A stretch of 64,000 bases of DNA from a virus, in the IMG/VR virus record IMGVR_UViG_3300007513_000010. One strand, 5' to 3'. Positions 29,755 to 38,146 of this stretch are shown piece by piece. Positions within the stretch are counted from its first letter, which is position 1, and each line of letters opens with the position of its first letter. The notes beneath the pieces are model-generated. The model did not search any database and was not told the origin of the DNA. It worked only from the letters and a program-made list of their open reading frames with translations. The position numbers and the translations under genes are program-made.

Positions 29755-32700
29755 ATGGCTAATATTTATGAATTATTAAAAAAAGAGAAGGAGAAGGCAG
29801 AAATAATAAAAAACTCTCCAACAACTCTAGGCGCATCTGAAGGTGCTTTAACAGTTGGTAAGAATGTGGAGAATCTTTTGTTGCCGCCTTCGTCAGGGCC
29901 TTTTTGTGAAGGGTATCCACCACGCCCAGCACCCCCAGATGGTAGTAATATACGCAAGAAACATAAATCTGAAGATGCTAGTCACGGACTAAGTATATAT
30001 AGTGATCCAAATCAGCCAGATCTCTCTGTCCAGCGTCAACATCTTCCTGTATATTTGTATCCTTTGGAGACGATTGATTCCCCCCAGACTTCAAGCACGA
30101 GAAACAAGCTACTAATTAATGAAGGTCTTTTCTGCCCACTTCCAGACGAAAACAACATAAAGGAGTTTGTCAGTTCTCTCGATGGCGACGTTGTCCGCCG
30201 CAGAGACCCACTAGCAATAGTTCAACACTTGGGAAGACTAAGAAATGATATGGAAGAAGATTCGGCACCCCTTCGTGCTGACATTTTTCGTATTTGCTGC
30301 GGCCGTCACTGGACCTATCGCAATCCAGGGCCAAGTAGAGAGGGTCACGAGCTGTTGTTTTCTGAGTATATTTTATCGCAGCCGACATTAGAGCATGAAA
30401 TTAACTTTGTTGTAAGTTTTTTAGATGCTACTTTTCAAGGCTATGACGCACCGAATCAGCAATACAGCGAAAGGCTTCTTATAAATTTAAATGGGTTTGA
30501 GGGTGTTCTTGGTGATCCGTCCGCATTCAAGCCAGCAAGAATCGCCAATCTTGCGACAATCGACATTTCCGATAAACTTAGAAAGATGGTGCCAGAACAC
30601 AAGCTATATGCTCTATATTTTTATGGTAAAAAGCCAGTAAGTAATTTTTCGGTACCTTCCTCAGAGTTTACTGGCCCTCTAGCAGAAATACCAGGCGGAG
30701 TCCCGGTAAAACCCTTTGTTGATAAGTTGGGGCTTTTTCCTGTTCTTGGTCTGAGTAATATTTATTATGATTTTGTTCATAGTACGGAAATACCATTTTA
30801 TCAGAACGAGGCTAGTTTGCTTGGGTACAATCAGTTTTCCACAATTGATATAAGGGTGGTGACAAATTCGACCTTTTATAAGAGAGAATCTCATTGGGCC
30901 ACATACAAGAATATTTATCGCACCCACGAACAGCTGAGAAAATCTGAAAACTCTAAACTGGAATTTAGAAACAAAGAACCGTGTAACGTGGAGGACAATA
31001 TATTACTTTTCCCATCAGCGCAGGTAGAGAGTTTTGAAGAGGTGGCGAAAAAGACATCAATGTATTTTCCACAACACGTTGAGTTTGACATACACACCCA
31101 ACAGGGTTCCGCATTTGCTGCCATGGCTTCGCTAACAAGAATGGATAAATACTTTCTTGATCTCATAGCAAACCCAAGAGGGATATACGACAAACACAGA
31201 ATAAGAGAACCATATCGCGAAACCATGGACGAAGAAACTCAGAATTCAGAGAAGGCAAGCCTGAATGATAGATTTATTTCAGACCCTAAGATGCTGGACA
31301 CTTATGATATAATATCCTTTATATCAGAAATGGATAAAGACGTGATTGAGCAGGTATATGAAAGAAAAGATATGTTTCCTATGGGCCTTAATCCTCCTCG
31401 AAGAAGTGAGTTCTCTTTAGGAGAAGAAGAGGAAGAGAACGCAACGTTGGATGGTTTTTGGGATCTTATTAATAAGAATGTTTTCGTTTCAAAATTATAT
31501 AAGTTTATAACGCCAGAAAAGATTAGGAGATTTAAAGACATCTGGAATGGAGAGTTAGCTTATTCTGAGACTGTGGCTTATAAGGTTTGTAAGTATGATT
31601 TTCATGAAGATGGTCTCCCAAACTCAACACCTTTGCAGGAGTTTGTTTTTTTTGATAATGAGAATATAACTAATTTTAAGTTTATAGACAACCAGGTTCT
31701 TTACGGCGAGAAATACCACTATAGAATATTTGCCTACAATATCGTGATAGGTTCGGAATATAAGTATGAAGGGTCGTATAATAAAAATCATGGCAAGTAT
31801 GAGATAGACGGATTCAGGGATAGAAGAACAAACGTCACAGTGACCACAAAACCAAAAATAGTATTAGTTCAAGTGCCTTATTTTGAGAAAACTTTAGAAA
31901 CTCGCGACAGGCCACCGATGTTTCCAGACGTTTCTTTTCTGCCTTACAAGGGGATAGATACCGAGGTAGGCATTGTTTTGACTACGAATTATGGAGAGTA
32001 TAATTCGGTCCCTGTAAAAGTGCTGGACACTGATGAGCAGATTATCGAGAGAATGGTTTTGGCCTCAAATCCTGATATTGACGGACGGATTCTATACAAA
32101 GGAGACAGTCCACCATCTGCATATCAGATTTTTAGACTGGAAGATCCGCCTGATTCGTATTCTGATTTCGCTCGAGCAAAGATATATAATGTAACTTATC
32201 CTAGGAACATAAGGAATGAGAGAATTTTTAACTTACCACAAGAGACATACATAAAGGGTAAGGGGTTGATACACGATAACCAGATAGAACCAAATAAAGA
32301 TTATTATTATATGTTTCGCTCATCTGATCCCGCCGGCATTTCAAACCCTTCTAGGGTATTTAAAATAAGGCTGATATCCTATGAAGATGGGGTCTATCTA
32401 GATGTAAAGCCCCACTCATTCAGTAAAAGAAAGAAAATGATAAAGGGAGACTTGTCGCAATTTTTAGAAATAGAGCCATCAGCAATGCAAAGCTCTTATG
32501 CACTTAATCTTAATTCAGACCCTAGGGAAGCTTACAAGAGCTGCCCCCCTGCAGGAGAGATCAGGCTTGGCTTGAGCGAAAGTTCAATATGGGGGAAGTA
32601 TTACAAACTTAGAATAAGGTCAAAGGTTACTGGAAAGGTTTTGGACGTTAATTTTAAATTTAATTACAAGATCCACGAAAATCTTGAAACAGCTGAGCCT

Positions 32701-32919
32701 GATGGTTATACACCTGAGGACGAGCCCTGCCCTCCTAGGTCTAAGGTATCGAATTCGTCTTCGGGACTTCCCAACAAGGGGGCGGATTCTGCAAAAAGTT
32801 ATACAGGTCATTCTGGGTGGGGGATTTGGCAAGGAAAAAGCACTAGCAAAGCGAAACCAAAAGGGGACAGATATCAAGGTATCGATTTCGATCCGCGACC
32901 CCCAAAGGGCTACAAGTGA
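29755..32919 (+). CDS. Hypothetical 1054-aa protein with FN3/Ig-like motifs (probable virion component)
   Basis: YGEKYHYRIFAYN and IEPNKDYYYMFRS...GISNPS resemble FN3 strand motifs. TAAATG junction with the previous gene. Confidence 0.55.
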   Translation: MANIYELLKKEKEKAEIIKNSPTTLGASEGALTVGKNVENLLLPPSSGPFCEGYPPRPAPPDGSNIRKKHKSEDASHGLSIYSDPNQPDLSVQRQHLPVYLYPLETIDSPQTSSTRNKLLINEGLFCPLPDENNIKEFVSSLDGDVVRRRDPLAIVQHLGRLRNDMEEDSAPLRADIFRICCGRHWTYRNPGPSREGHELLFSEYILSQPTLEHEINFVVSFLDATFQGYDAPNQQYSERLLINLNGFEGVLGDPSAFKPARIANLATIDISDKLRKMVPEHKLYALYFYGKKPVSNFSVPSSEFTGPLAEIPGGVPVKPFVDKLGLFPVLGLSNIYYDFVHSTEIPFYQNEASLLGYNQFSTIDIRVVTNSTFYKRESHWATYKNIYRTHEQLRKSENSKLEFRNKEPCNVEDNILLFPSAQVESFEEVAKKTSMYFPQHVEFDIHTQQGSAFAAMASLTRMDKYFLDLIANPRGIYDKHRIREPYRETMDEETQNSEKASLNDRFISDPKMLDTYDIISFISEMDKDVIEQVYERKDMFPMGLNPPRRSEFSLGEEEEENATLDGFWDLINKNVFVSKLYKFITPEKIRRFKDIWNGELAYSETVAYKVCKYDFHEDGLPNSTPLQEFVFFDNENITNFKFIDNQVLYGEKYHYRIFAYNIVIGSEYKYEGSYNKNHGKYEIDGFRDRRTNVTVTTKPKIVLVQVPYFEKTLETRDRPPMFPDVSFLPYKGIDTEVGIVLTTNYGEYNSVPVKVLDTDEQIIERMVLASNPDIDGRILYKGDSPPSAYQIFRLEDPPDSYSDFARAKIYNVTYPRNIRNERIFNLPQETYIKGKGLIHDNQIEPNKDYYYMFRSSDPAGISNPSRVFKIRLISYEDGVYLDVKPHSFSKRKKMIKGDLSQFLEIEPSAMQSSYALNLNSDPREAYKSCPPAGEIRLGLSESSIWGKYYKLRIRSKVTGKVLDVNFKFNYKIHENLETAEPDGYTPEDEPCPPRSKVSNSSSGLPNKGADSAKSYTGHSGWGIWQGKSTSKAKPKGDRYQGIDFDPRPPKGYK

Positions 32920-32951
32920 TCAGTCTTGGGTTGAAACATTTTTTGTTTGAT

Positions 32952-33026
32952 ACTATTTAAATGTGTTGGTGTTGGGTTTTTTTATTGCGTTGTATTAAAA
33001 GTCCGAACTATTTACTATAAATAGTT
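32952..33026 (+). promoter_or_regulatory. Promoter region: ACTATTTA twice, with inverted repeat AACTATTTA-CTA-TAAATAGTT containing TATAAATA
   Basis: Motifs at 32952-32959 and 33007-33014. Perfect 9-bp inverted repeat 33006-33026. TATAAATA at 33016-33023. Confidence 0.65.
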
Positions 33027-33055
33027 GTATTTTATTTTGTTAAGGAGAATGATTA

Positions 33056-34000
33056 ATGGCATTTTTAGATAATTCTGGCGATATTTTGCTAGATGCAGTG
33101 TTGACCGACGCCGGCCGCCAACGCATGGCCCGCGGGGAATTTAAGATAACTAAGTTTTCTTTAGGTGATGAAGAGATAAATTACGAACTATTTAACAAAG
33201 ATCACGTTAGTGGTTCCGCCTTTTATGACTTGGAGATAATGCAAACTCCGATTCTAGAAGCTTTCACAAACAACACTTCGACAATGAAGTCGCGACTGAT
33301 GACGATTACGAGAAATAATGTTTTGCATATGCCTATTTTAAAGATAAACACTCAGGCATCTTTGCAAGAAGATAATGGACAGCCTTCTGAGTTCTCGGGA
33401 GGTTATATACTTACTGCGAATCAATCAGCTGAAACTGACACAAGCAATGCTCTCGCTAATGTAAATGGTGTTTTGTACGGAGTAAACCCAAATAATTCTC
33501 AAAGCTTGATCATAGTAGATCAAGGAATTGATTCTAATGGGGACCCTTCTTACACTCAGCCAATAGACGATGATTTGCAAGAAAACCAATATCTTATACA
33601 GGTTGACCATCGCCTTCTTAGGGTGGCCGAGCCAGCCGCAGGTTCCACGCAAAAATATTCTTTTGTCGACGACGATAATATAGCGACATATTATTTCTCT
33701 ATAGGTAAAAACGCAACTATGATTGAAAGCATAGGAGTCATCCCGGATGGAGACCAGCAAAACAAGGCAGCAAAGCAGGTTTTTAAGGGCCCCTTGGGGA
33801 CAAGGTTTAAATTCAAGCTCTCGGCAGCGTTGAATATCAGAGAAAGCACGGCCCTTTTTGATAAGTTGGGCCCGGGCACCACAACTTTTGAGGTAGGTAC
33901 AGTAACTGGCCTCCAGTATTTGGACACAATTATCAGAGTTACCGGCGTGACGACTGGGTATTCGGTAGATATCCCAATAAGAATAATAAGAAAAGCTTAG
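33056..34000 (+). CDS. Virion structural protein (baseplate/tail associated)
   Basis: AAGGAG RBS. N-terminus LTDAGR...GEFKITKFSLGD resembles tail-collar/baseplate protein N-termini. Confidence 0.6.
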   Translation: MAFLDNSGDILLDAVLTDAGRQRMARGEFKITKFSLGDEEINYELFNKDHVSGSAFYDLEIMQTPILEAFTNNTSTMKSRLMTITRNNVLHMPILKINTQASLQEDNGQPSEFSGGYILTANQSAETDTSNALANVNGVLYGVNPNNSQSLIIVDQGIDSNGDPSYTQPIDDDLQENQYLIQVDHRLLRVAEPAAGSTQKYSFVDDDNIATYYFSIGKNATMIESIGVIPDGDQQNKAAKQVFKGPLGTRFKFKLSAALNIRESTALFDKLGPGTTTFEVGTVTGLQYLDTIIRVTGVTTGYSVDIPIRIIRKA

Positions 34001-34009
34001 GAGTAAACA

Positions 34010-35224
34010 ATGGCGCAATCTACAGTATTTAAAACTTTTTTAAACTCAGACGTAACAACCACGAAGACACTGCTTCACGAGGCAATACCAATAACGGGAT
34101 CTCTGGTTTCGGGAACCTACGGGAAAGCTGACGGGTCAGATTATGGGGCAGAGCCTCATATAAAGAAGTATTCGCACGGAATGTTTCAAAGCGTGTATGA
34201 CTATCCGCATCTTAGCTCCTCAGCAAATCACATTTTTGATATTTCTACGGGTGTGGCACCCTATGTACCATTTAGTGGATCAGGAGGCACATCAGATTAC
34301 CAAGGTCTTTACACCTCGTCGGCCATGCTTCCTGGTGTCGTAAAGACACAGATGGATAAGAAGAAGAATATCTACATACAAATGGCTCAAATTTTAGCTG
34401 GCTATGATATAAGCGGCTCTGTGAGGCTGTTTGATAGTGATGGGGACTATGGAACCAAAGCAGATAAAATATTAGATCCGATTTTTCTTACCTTTTCTAG
34501 ATTATTGGTAAAGGACGAAATAAAGAAAGGGTCGTTTTCTCTTAGGCTCGGCACAGATCAGTCCTTTGATACACCATTTACTAAGGTGGTAGTTGTGAAG
34601 GACACGGGCGCCGCGTCAAACTACAGAGTTAATTCACCCGCCGGAGAATATGCTTTACTGTATGCTTCGGACGGCACAGATCCAGTAGCAATTGCTGCCA
34701 ATGTCAATTTAGCTGTAGGATTGATATATTATCAAGCAGGGGTGGTTATTTTGGATGGCTCAAAGCTATTCCGCGTTGCCACCACCCCCGGTGCTGGTTC
34801 GAACCCCATACTGGATGCTGATGGTATTCTTGTGGGTTCCAACTCTCCTCACATGCATCATGCTAATGTTGGAGGTGGTAAGACCCACACTCATATTTTT
34901 GCCAGTGGCACGATTGATCAAATGGCCGATGCTGTCAGAAGAAGGATTCAAGACGTTTCGTTTAATAACACTACAGAGTTGAATTCTGCAGTTTATTTTT
35001 GTAGAGCGCACCACAATGAATTCAATTATAGTTCGAATCCTACATATTTGAACGGAAGCCAGCTCAGAGTCAAGAAAAACATACAGGATCCGCCTAGAAG
35101 TTATGTAACTACCGTTGGGCTTTATTCTACTGATAACGAACTTTTAGCAGTGGCCAAATTATCTGAACCAATCAGAAAAGACCCAACAAATGAAGTGACG
35201 CTGAGGGTCCGTCTGGATTACTAA
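34010..35224 (+). CDS. Virion structural protein (baseplate/tail-fibre attachment type)
   Basis: C-terminus YVTTVGLYSTDNELLAVAKLSEPIRKD...RVRLDY resembles the tail-collar-like GLY...L.AVA motif. AGGAG RBS. Confidence 0.65.
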   Translation: MAQSTVFKTFLNSDVTTTKTLLHEAIPITGSLVSGTYGKADGSDYGAEPHIKKYSHGMFQSVYDYPHLSSSANHIFDISTGVAPYVPFSGSGGTSDYQGLYTSSAMLPGVVKTQMDKKKNIYIQMAQILAGYDISGSVRLFDSDGDYGTKADKILDPIFLTFSRLLVKDEIKKGSFSLRLGTDQSFDTPFTKVVVVKDTGAASNYRVNSPAGEYALLYASDGTDPVAIAANVNLAVGLIYYQAGVVILDGSKLFRVATTPGAGSNPILDADGILVGSNSPHMHHANVGGGKTHTHIFASGTIDQMADAVRRRIQDVSFNNTTELNSAVYFCRAHHNEFNYSSNPTYLNGSQLRVKKNIQDPPRSYVTTVGLYSTDNELLAVAKLSEPIRKDPTNEVTLRVRLDY

Positions 35225-35225
35225 G

Positions 35226-36446
35226 ATGTTGTTCAAAGAATTTGAATCAACAGATGTCATTCATAACACGATTCTTACCCATCCAAAATATGATTTTTTT
35301 GTATATCAAAACAGGGTGTACAAGAATGAGGAGATATTAAATACAGGATCCTTTCAGAATCTTGAGAAGCACGTGGATCAGGGCAAAGTTAGTCTATATG
35401 AAATAAACGTTAATAGACCTTCAACTCAGTTAATTTATCCTTTTATTACAAAAGAGGGGGCAAGGACATCGTTTAAAACGATTTCTGTTTCAAACTTTTC
35501 TGATTCATCTCAGTTTAACTACGGAGATAAAATTACAGGATCCTACCCTCTTTCTGCCGGCATTAATAGAATTTTAATAAAAGATGGGATAGATATAGGT
35601 TTGTTGAATTTTGAAACTAAAGATACTTACGTTTCTCCTTCCGGTAATAAGAAATATATTCGCTCTTTAAAAACTGTCTTAAATGACAACGCTCGCTTTA
35701 GTCAGCATTATTCTTATTCTTCTTCGTATGGGGACAAGTCTTCCCAAAAGATTAATATGATTTGTGTGCCATCTATTTTGTATGGTTCTAAAATCAAACC
35801 CGGCTCTTTAAAAATGAAGTATTATATTTCTGGTAGTCTAGTTGCGGAAGTAAATGATAAAAATTTAAATGGAGAATTAATAGAAACCACCGGATCAAAC
35901 AAGGGCTCTGTCGCAGGGGTTGTATTGTATAACCACGGTTTAATGTTGCTTACAGGGTCTTGGAAAGTACACGCAACACATACAGAAAAATATGAAGGAG
36001 CCACAGCCGGTAATCTCTCACCTAGATGGAACAACTTTGGTGCAGGTATGCCCATGGTTGGGGACACTTATGAGTTTACTGGAATACCTTCTTCTAGTTT
36101 TGGGCTTCAATTTGAAGGTGTAAGCAAGATACCCACATTAACTCTGTTCGCCCATTCAGAAAAAGGGGAACATAGTTTTTCAAATAACCCGACATACATT
36201 AAATCCGGAAGTGCCGCAGAACACAATTTGACCTTAAAAAAATACTTAGAGAAGCCCGCGACAATTAAAAATATTGTAGATTCCGTTTACTCAAAGCATG
36301 AAGAGTCCTATGAGCCAAGAACATTTATATCTTCGGTTGGAATTTATGATGAAAACTATAATCTAATTGGTGTTGCAAAGCTAGCAAACCCTGTAAAAAA
36401 GAAGATGAATAGAGACTATACATTTAAATTAAAGCTTGACTTTTAA
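35226..36446 (+). CDS. Virion structural protein, paralog of 34010-35224
   Basis: Shares IK(K/P)GS, (Y/F)S(S/N)NPTY and the C-terminus VGIYDENYNLIGVAKLANPVKK...KLDF with the upstream gene. Confidence 0.65.
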   Translation: MLFKEFESTDVIHNTILTHPKYDFFVYQNRVYKNEEILNTGSFQNLEKHVDQGKVSLYEINVNRPSTQLIYPFITKEGARTSFKTISVSNFSDSSQFNYGDKITGSYPLSAGINRILIKDGIDIGLLNFETKDTYVSPSGNKKYIRSLKTVLNDNARFSQHYSYSSSYGDKSSQKINMICVPSILYGSKIKPGSLKMKYYISGSLVAEVNDKNLNGELIETTGSNKGSVAGVVLYNHGLMLLTGSWKVHATHTEKYEGATAGNLSPRWNNFGAGMPMVGDTYEFTGIPSSSFGLQFEGVSKIPTLTLFAHSEKGEHSFSNNPTYIKSGSAAEHNLTLKKYLEKPATIKNIVDSVYSKHEESYEPRTFISSVGIYDENYNLIGVAKLANPVKKKMNRDYTFKLKLDF

Positions 36447-36465
36447 TATATTATTCTGATATAAT
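36436..36465 (+). promoter_or_regulatory. sigma70-type promoter TTGACT-N18-TATAAT with extended -10 (TG)
   Basis: TTGACT at 36436-36441, TG at 36457-36458, TATAAT at 36460-36465. The ATG follows 7 nt later. Confidence 0.75.
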
Positions 36466-36472
36466 ATTTAAT

Positions 36473-37006
36473 ATGTTAGTACTTGGCTTGGACATTTCTA
36501 CTAGTATCTCGGGCGCGACCGTACTTGATTCTGCTGGTGCAATGCTTTACAATGAGTCTTGGGATACAAGAAATAAGAAATATTTCCCATCGATCTACCA
36601 CAAGGCGCGCCAGATCAGGGACAAGTTGCAAGATATTAAGCATCAATATTATATTGAAAACGTTCTCATAGAACAATCATTACATTCGTTTAGATCTGGT
36701 TTTTCTTCGGCTCAGACTCTTTCGACACTATCCAGATTTAATGGTATAGTTTCTTGGATGTGTTGTGATATTTTTGGAATAGAACCTCACCTTATTGCTG
36801 CCACAACTGCAAGAAAGCAGTCTGGACTAACGATCAGGAGAGGGGAAAATTCAAAAGAAAAGGTTCTTAAGTTTGTTATTGACAACGAGCCTAGTTTTCT
36901 GATAGAATATACTAAACATGGAAATCCCCGCCCTGGGACATATGACAGGGCGGATAGTTATGTCATCGCGAAAGCAGGCTTAAATTGGAAAAACTCAACA
37001 TCTTAG
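36473..37006 (+). CDS. ruvC: RuvC-like Holliday junction resolvase
   Basis: LGLDISTSISG (catalytic D), VLIEQ (E), KEKVL and DRADSYVIA (D..D) form the RuvC signature set. Confidence 0.85.
   Translation: MLVLGLDISTSISGATVLDSAGAMLYNESWDTRNKKYFPSIYHKARQIRDKLQDIKHQYYIENVLIEQSLHSFRSGFSSAQTLSTLSRFNGIVSWMCCDIFGIEPHLIAATTARKQSGLTIRRGENSKEKVLKFVIDNEPSFLIEYTKHGNPRPGTYDRADSYVIAKAGLNWKNSTS
36879..36908 (+). promoter_or_regulatory. Internal sigma70-type promoter TTGACA-N18-TAGAAT (TG-extended) upstream of primase
   Basis: TTGACA at 36879-36884, TG at 36900-36901, TAGAAT at 36903-36908. Confidence 0.55.
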
Positions 37007-37905
37007 TTTCAAACTTAGGAAACTACTATCAAAATAATCAAGAATATTTGTTTCGTTGCCCAAAATGTGAACATCCCAAAAGGAAACTTTCTGTAAATTT
37101 AGAAAAAGGGCTCTTTAAGTGTTGGGTCTGCAGTTATTCAGGAAAATCAATAGGCAAGATGCTAAAAGACTATTTTCCATATGCGGAATATTCAAAGTGG
37201 TCAGAGGTGTCATCAGAAATAGACTTGTCTAAATATGAAGAAATATTCCAAGAACATCAGAACGTAGATTCTAGAGAAGAGGTAACCCTCCCCAGACACT
37301 ATAAATCTCTTTCTGCAAAATATAAAAAAGAGTTTATAAAACCTCTGACCTACCTTCAGAACAGAGGCCTTACCACAGCAGACATACTGCAGTGGAAGGT
37401 TGGATTTTGTGATTATGGAGAGTATGCTGGCCGTATTATTGTGCCCTCGTTCGACGCTCAAGGCGCACTGAGTTATTATATTGGGAGATCTTATTATGAA
37501 AACTCCTACAAGTATAAAAACCCGAAACACAGCAAGGATGTTATATTTAACGATATTTTATTAGATTGGAAATCTGACTTGGTTTTGGTGGAAGGGGTCT
37601 TTGACGCTATAAAGGCAAAGAATGCAGTACCACTACTTGGCTCTACTCTGAAAGAAGGATCCAGACTTTTTAAGAAGATCGTGCTTCATCGCCCAGATGT
37701 TTATTTGGCTTTGGATCCCGACGCGGACGACAAGGCATATGAAATTTCAGCTCTTTTGGGCCAATATGGGATAAATACATTTAAAGTTGATATTTCGGGG
37801 TTTGCAGATGTTGGAGAAATGACAAAGAAAGAATTTTTAAATAGGAAATCAAATGCTTCTTTTATAGCTTCTGGTGACTATTTAATGTATAAATTAAATT
37901 TCTAA
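36985..37905 (+). CDS. DNA primase (Zn finger + Toprim)
   Basis: CPKC...CWVC Zn finger, YLQNRGL, RIIVP, YKNP, Toprim VEGVFDA and ALDPDA. Confidence 0.9.
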   Translation: MEKLNILVSNLGNYYQNNQEYLFRCPKCEHPKRKLSVNLEKGLFKCWVCSYSGKSIGKMLKDYFPYAEYSKWSEVSSEIDLSKYEEIFQEHQNVDSREEVTLPRHYKSLSAKYKKEFIKPLTYLQNRGLTTADILQWKVGFCDYGEYAGRIIVPSFDAQGALSYYIGRSYYENSYKYKNPKHSKDVIFNDILLDWKSDLVLVEGVFDAIKAKNAVPLLGSTLKEGSRLFKKIVLHRPDVYLALDPDADDKAYEISALLGQYGINTFKVDISGFADVGEMTKKEFLNRKSNASFIASGDYLMYKLNF

Positions 37906-37917
37906 AGGAGACTATTC

Positions 37918-38100
37918 ATGGAAATTACCAAAAAACAACTTAAGAATATTATTAAGGAAGAGATGGAAATATTGTCCCGAACAGGTGATATAGATTCTCT
38001 AACAGAGGTAGAAAGAAGGTTTTTTAAAGAACTCCTAGAGAGGCTTTCACCACAAAATTTAGCTGAGTTTGGTATTAAAAAAACGCAACAGAGTTCTTGA
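37918..38100 (+). CDS. Small 60-aa protein (MEITKKQLKNIIKEE N-terminus)
   Basis: AAGGAG RBS. ACTATTTA at 37877-37884 upstream. Fills the intergenic gap. Confidence 0.7.
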   Translation: MEITKKQLKNIIKEEMEILSRTGDIDSLTEVERRFFKELLERLSPQNLAEFGIKKTQQSS

Positions 38101-38125
38101 TTTTTGGAAGCAGTTCTGCTATACT
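38097..38125 (+). promoter_or_regulatory. sigma70-type promoter TTGATT-N17-TATACT (TG-extended)
   Basis: TTGATT at 38097-38102, TG at 38117-38118, TATACT at 38120-38125, upstream of ATG 38147. Confidence 0.6.
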
Positions 38126-38146
38126 TATTATTAGTATGGAGAGAAC

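Noticed and set aside
30050-33195. ACTANTTA matches deep inside coding regions (e.g. ~30111 and ~33187)
   Set aside because: They are not near a gene start and are expected by chance in AT-rich DNA, so not called as promoters.
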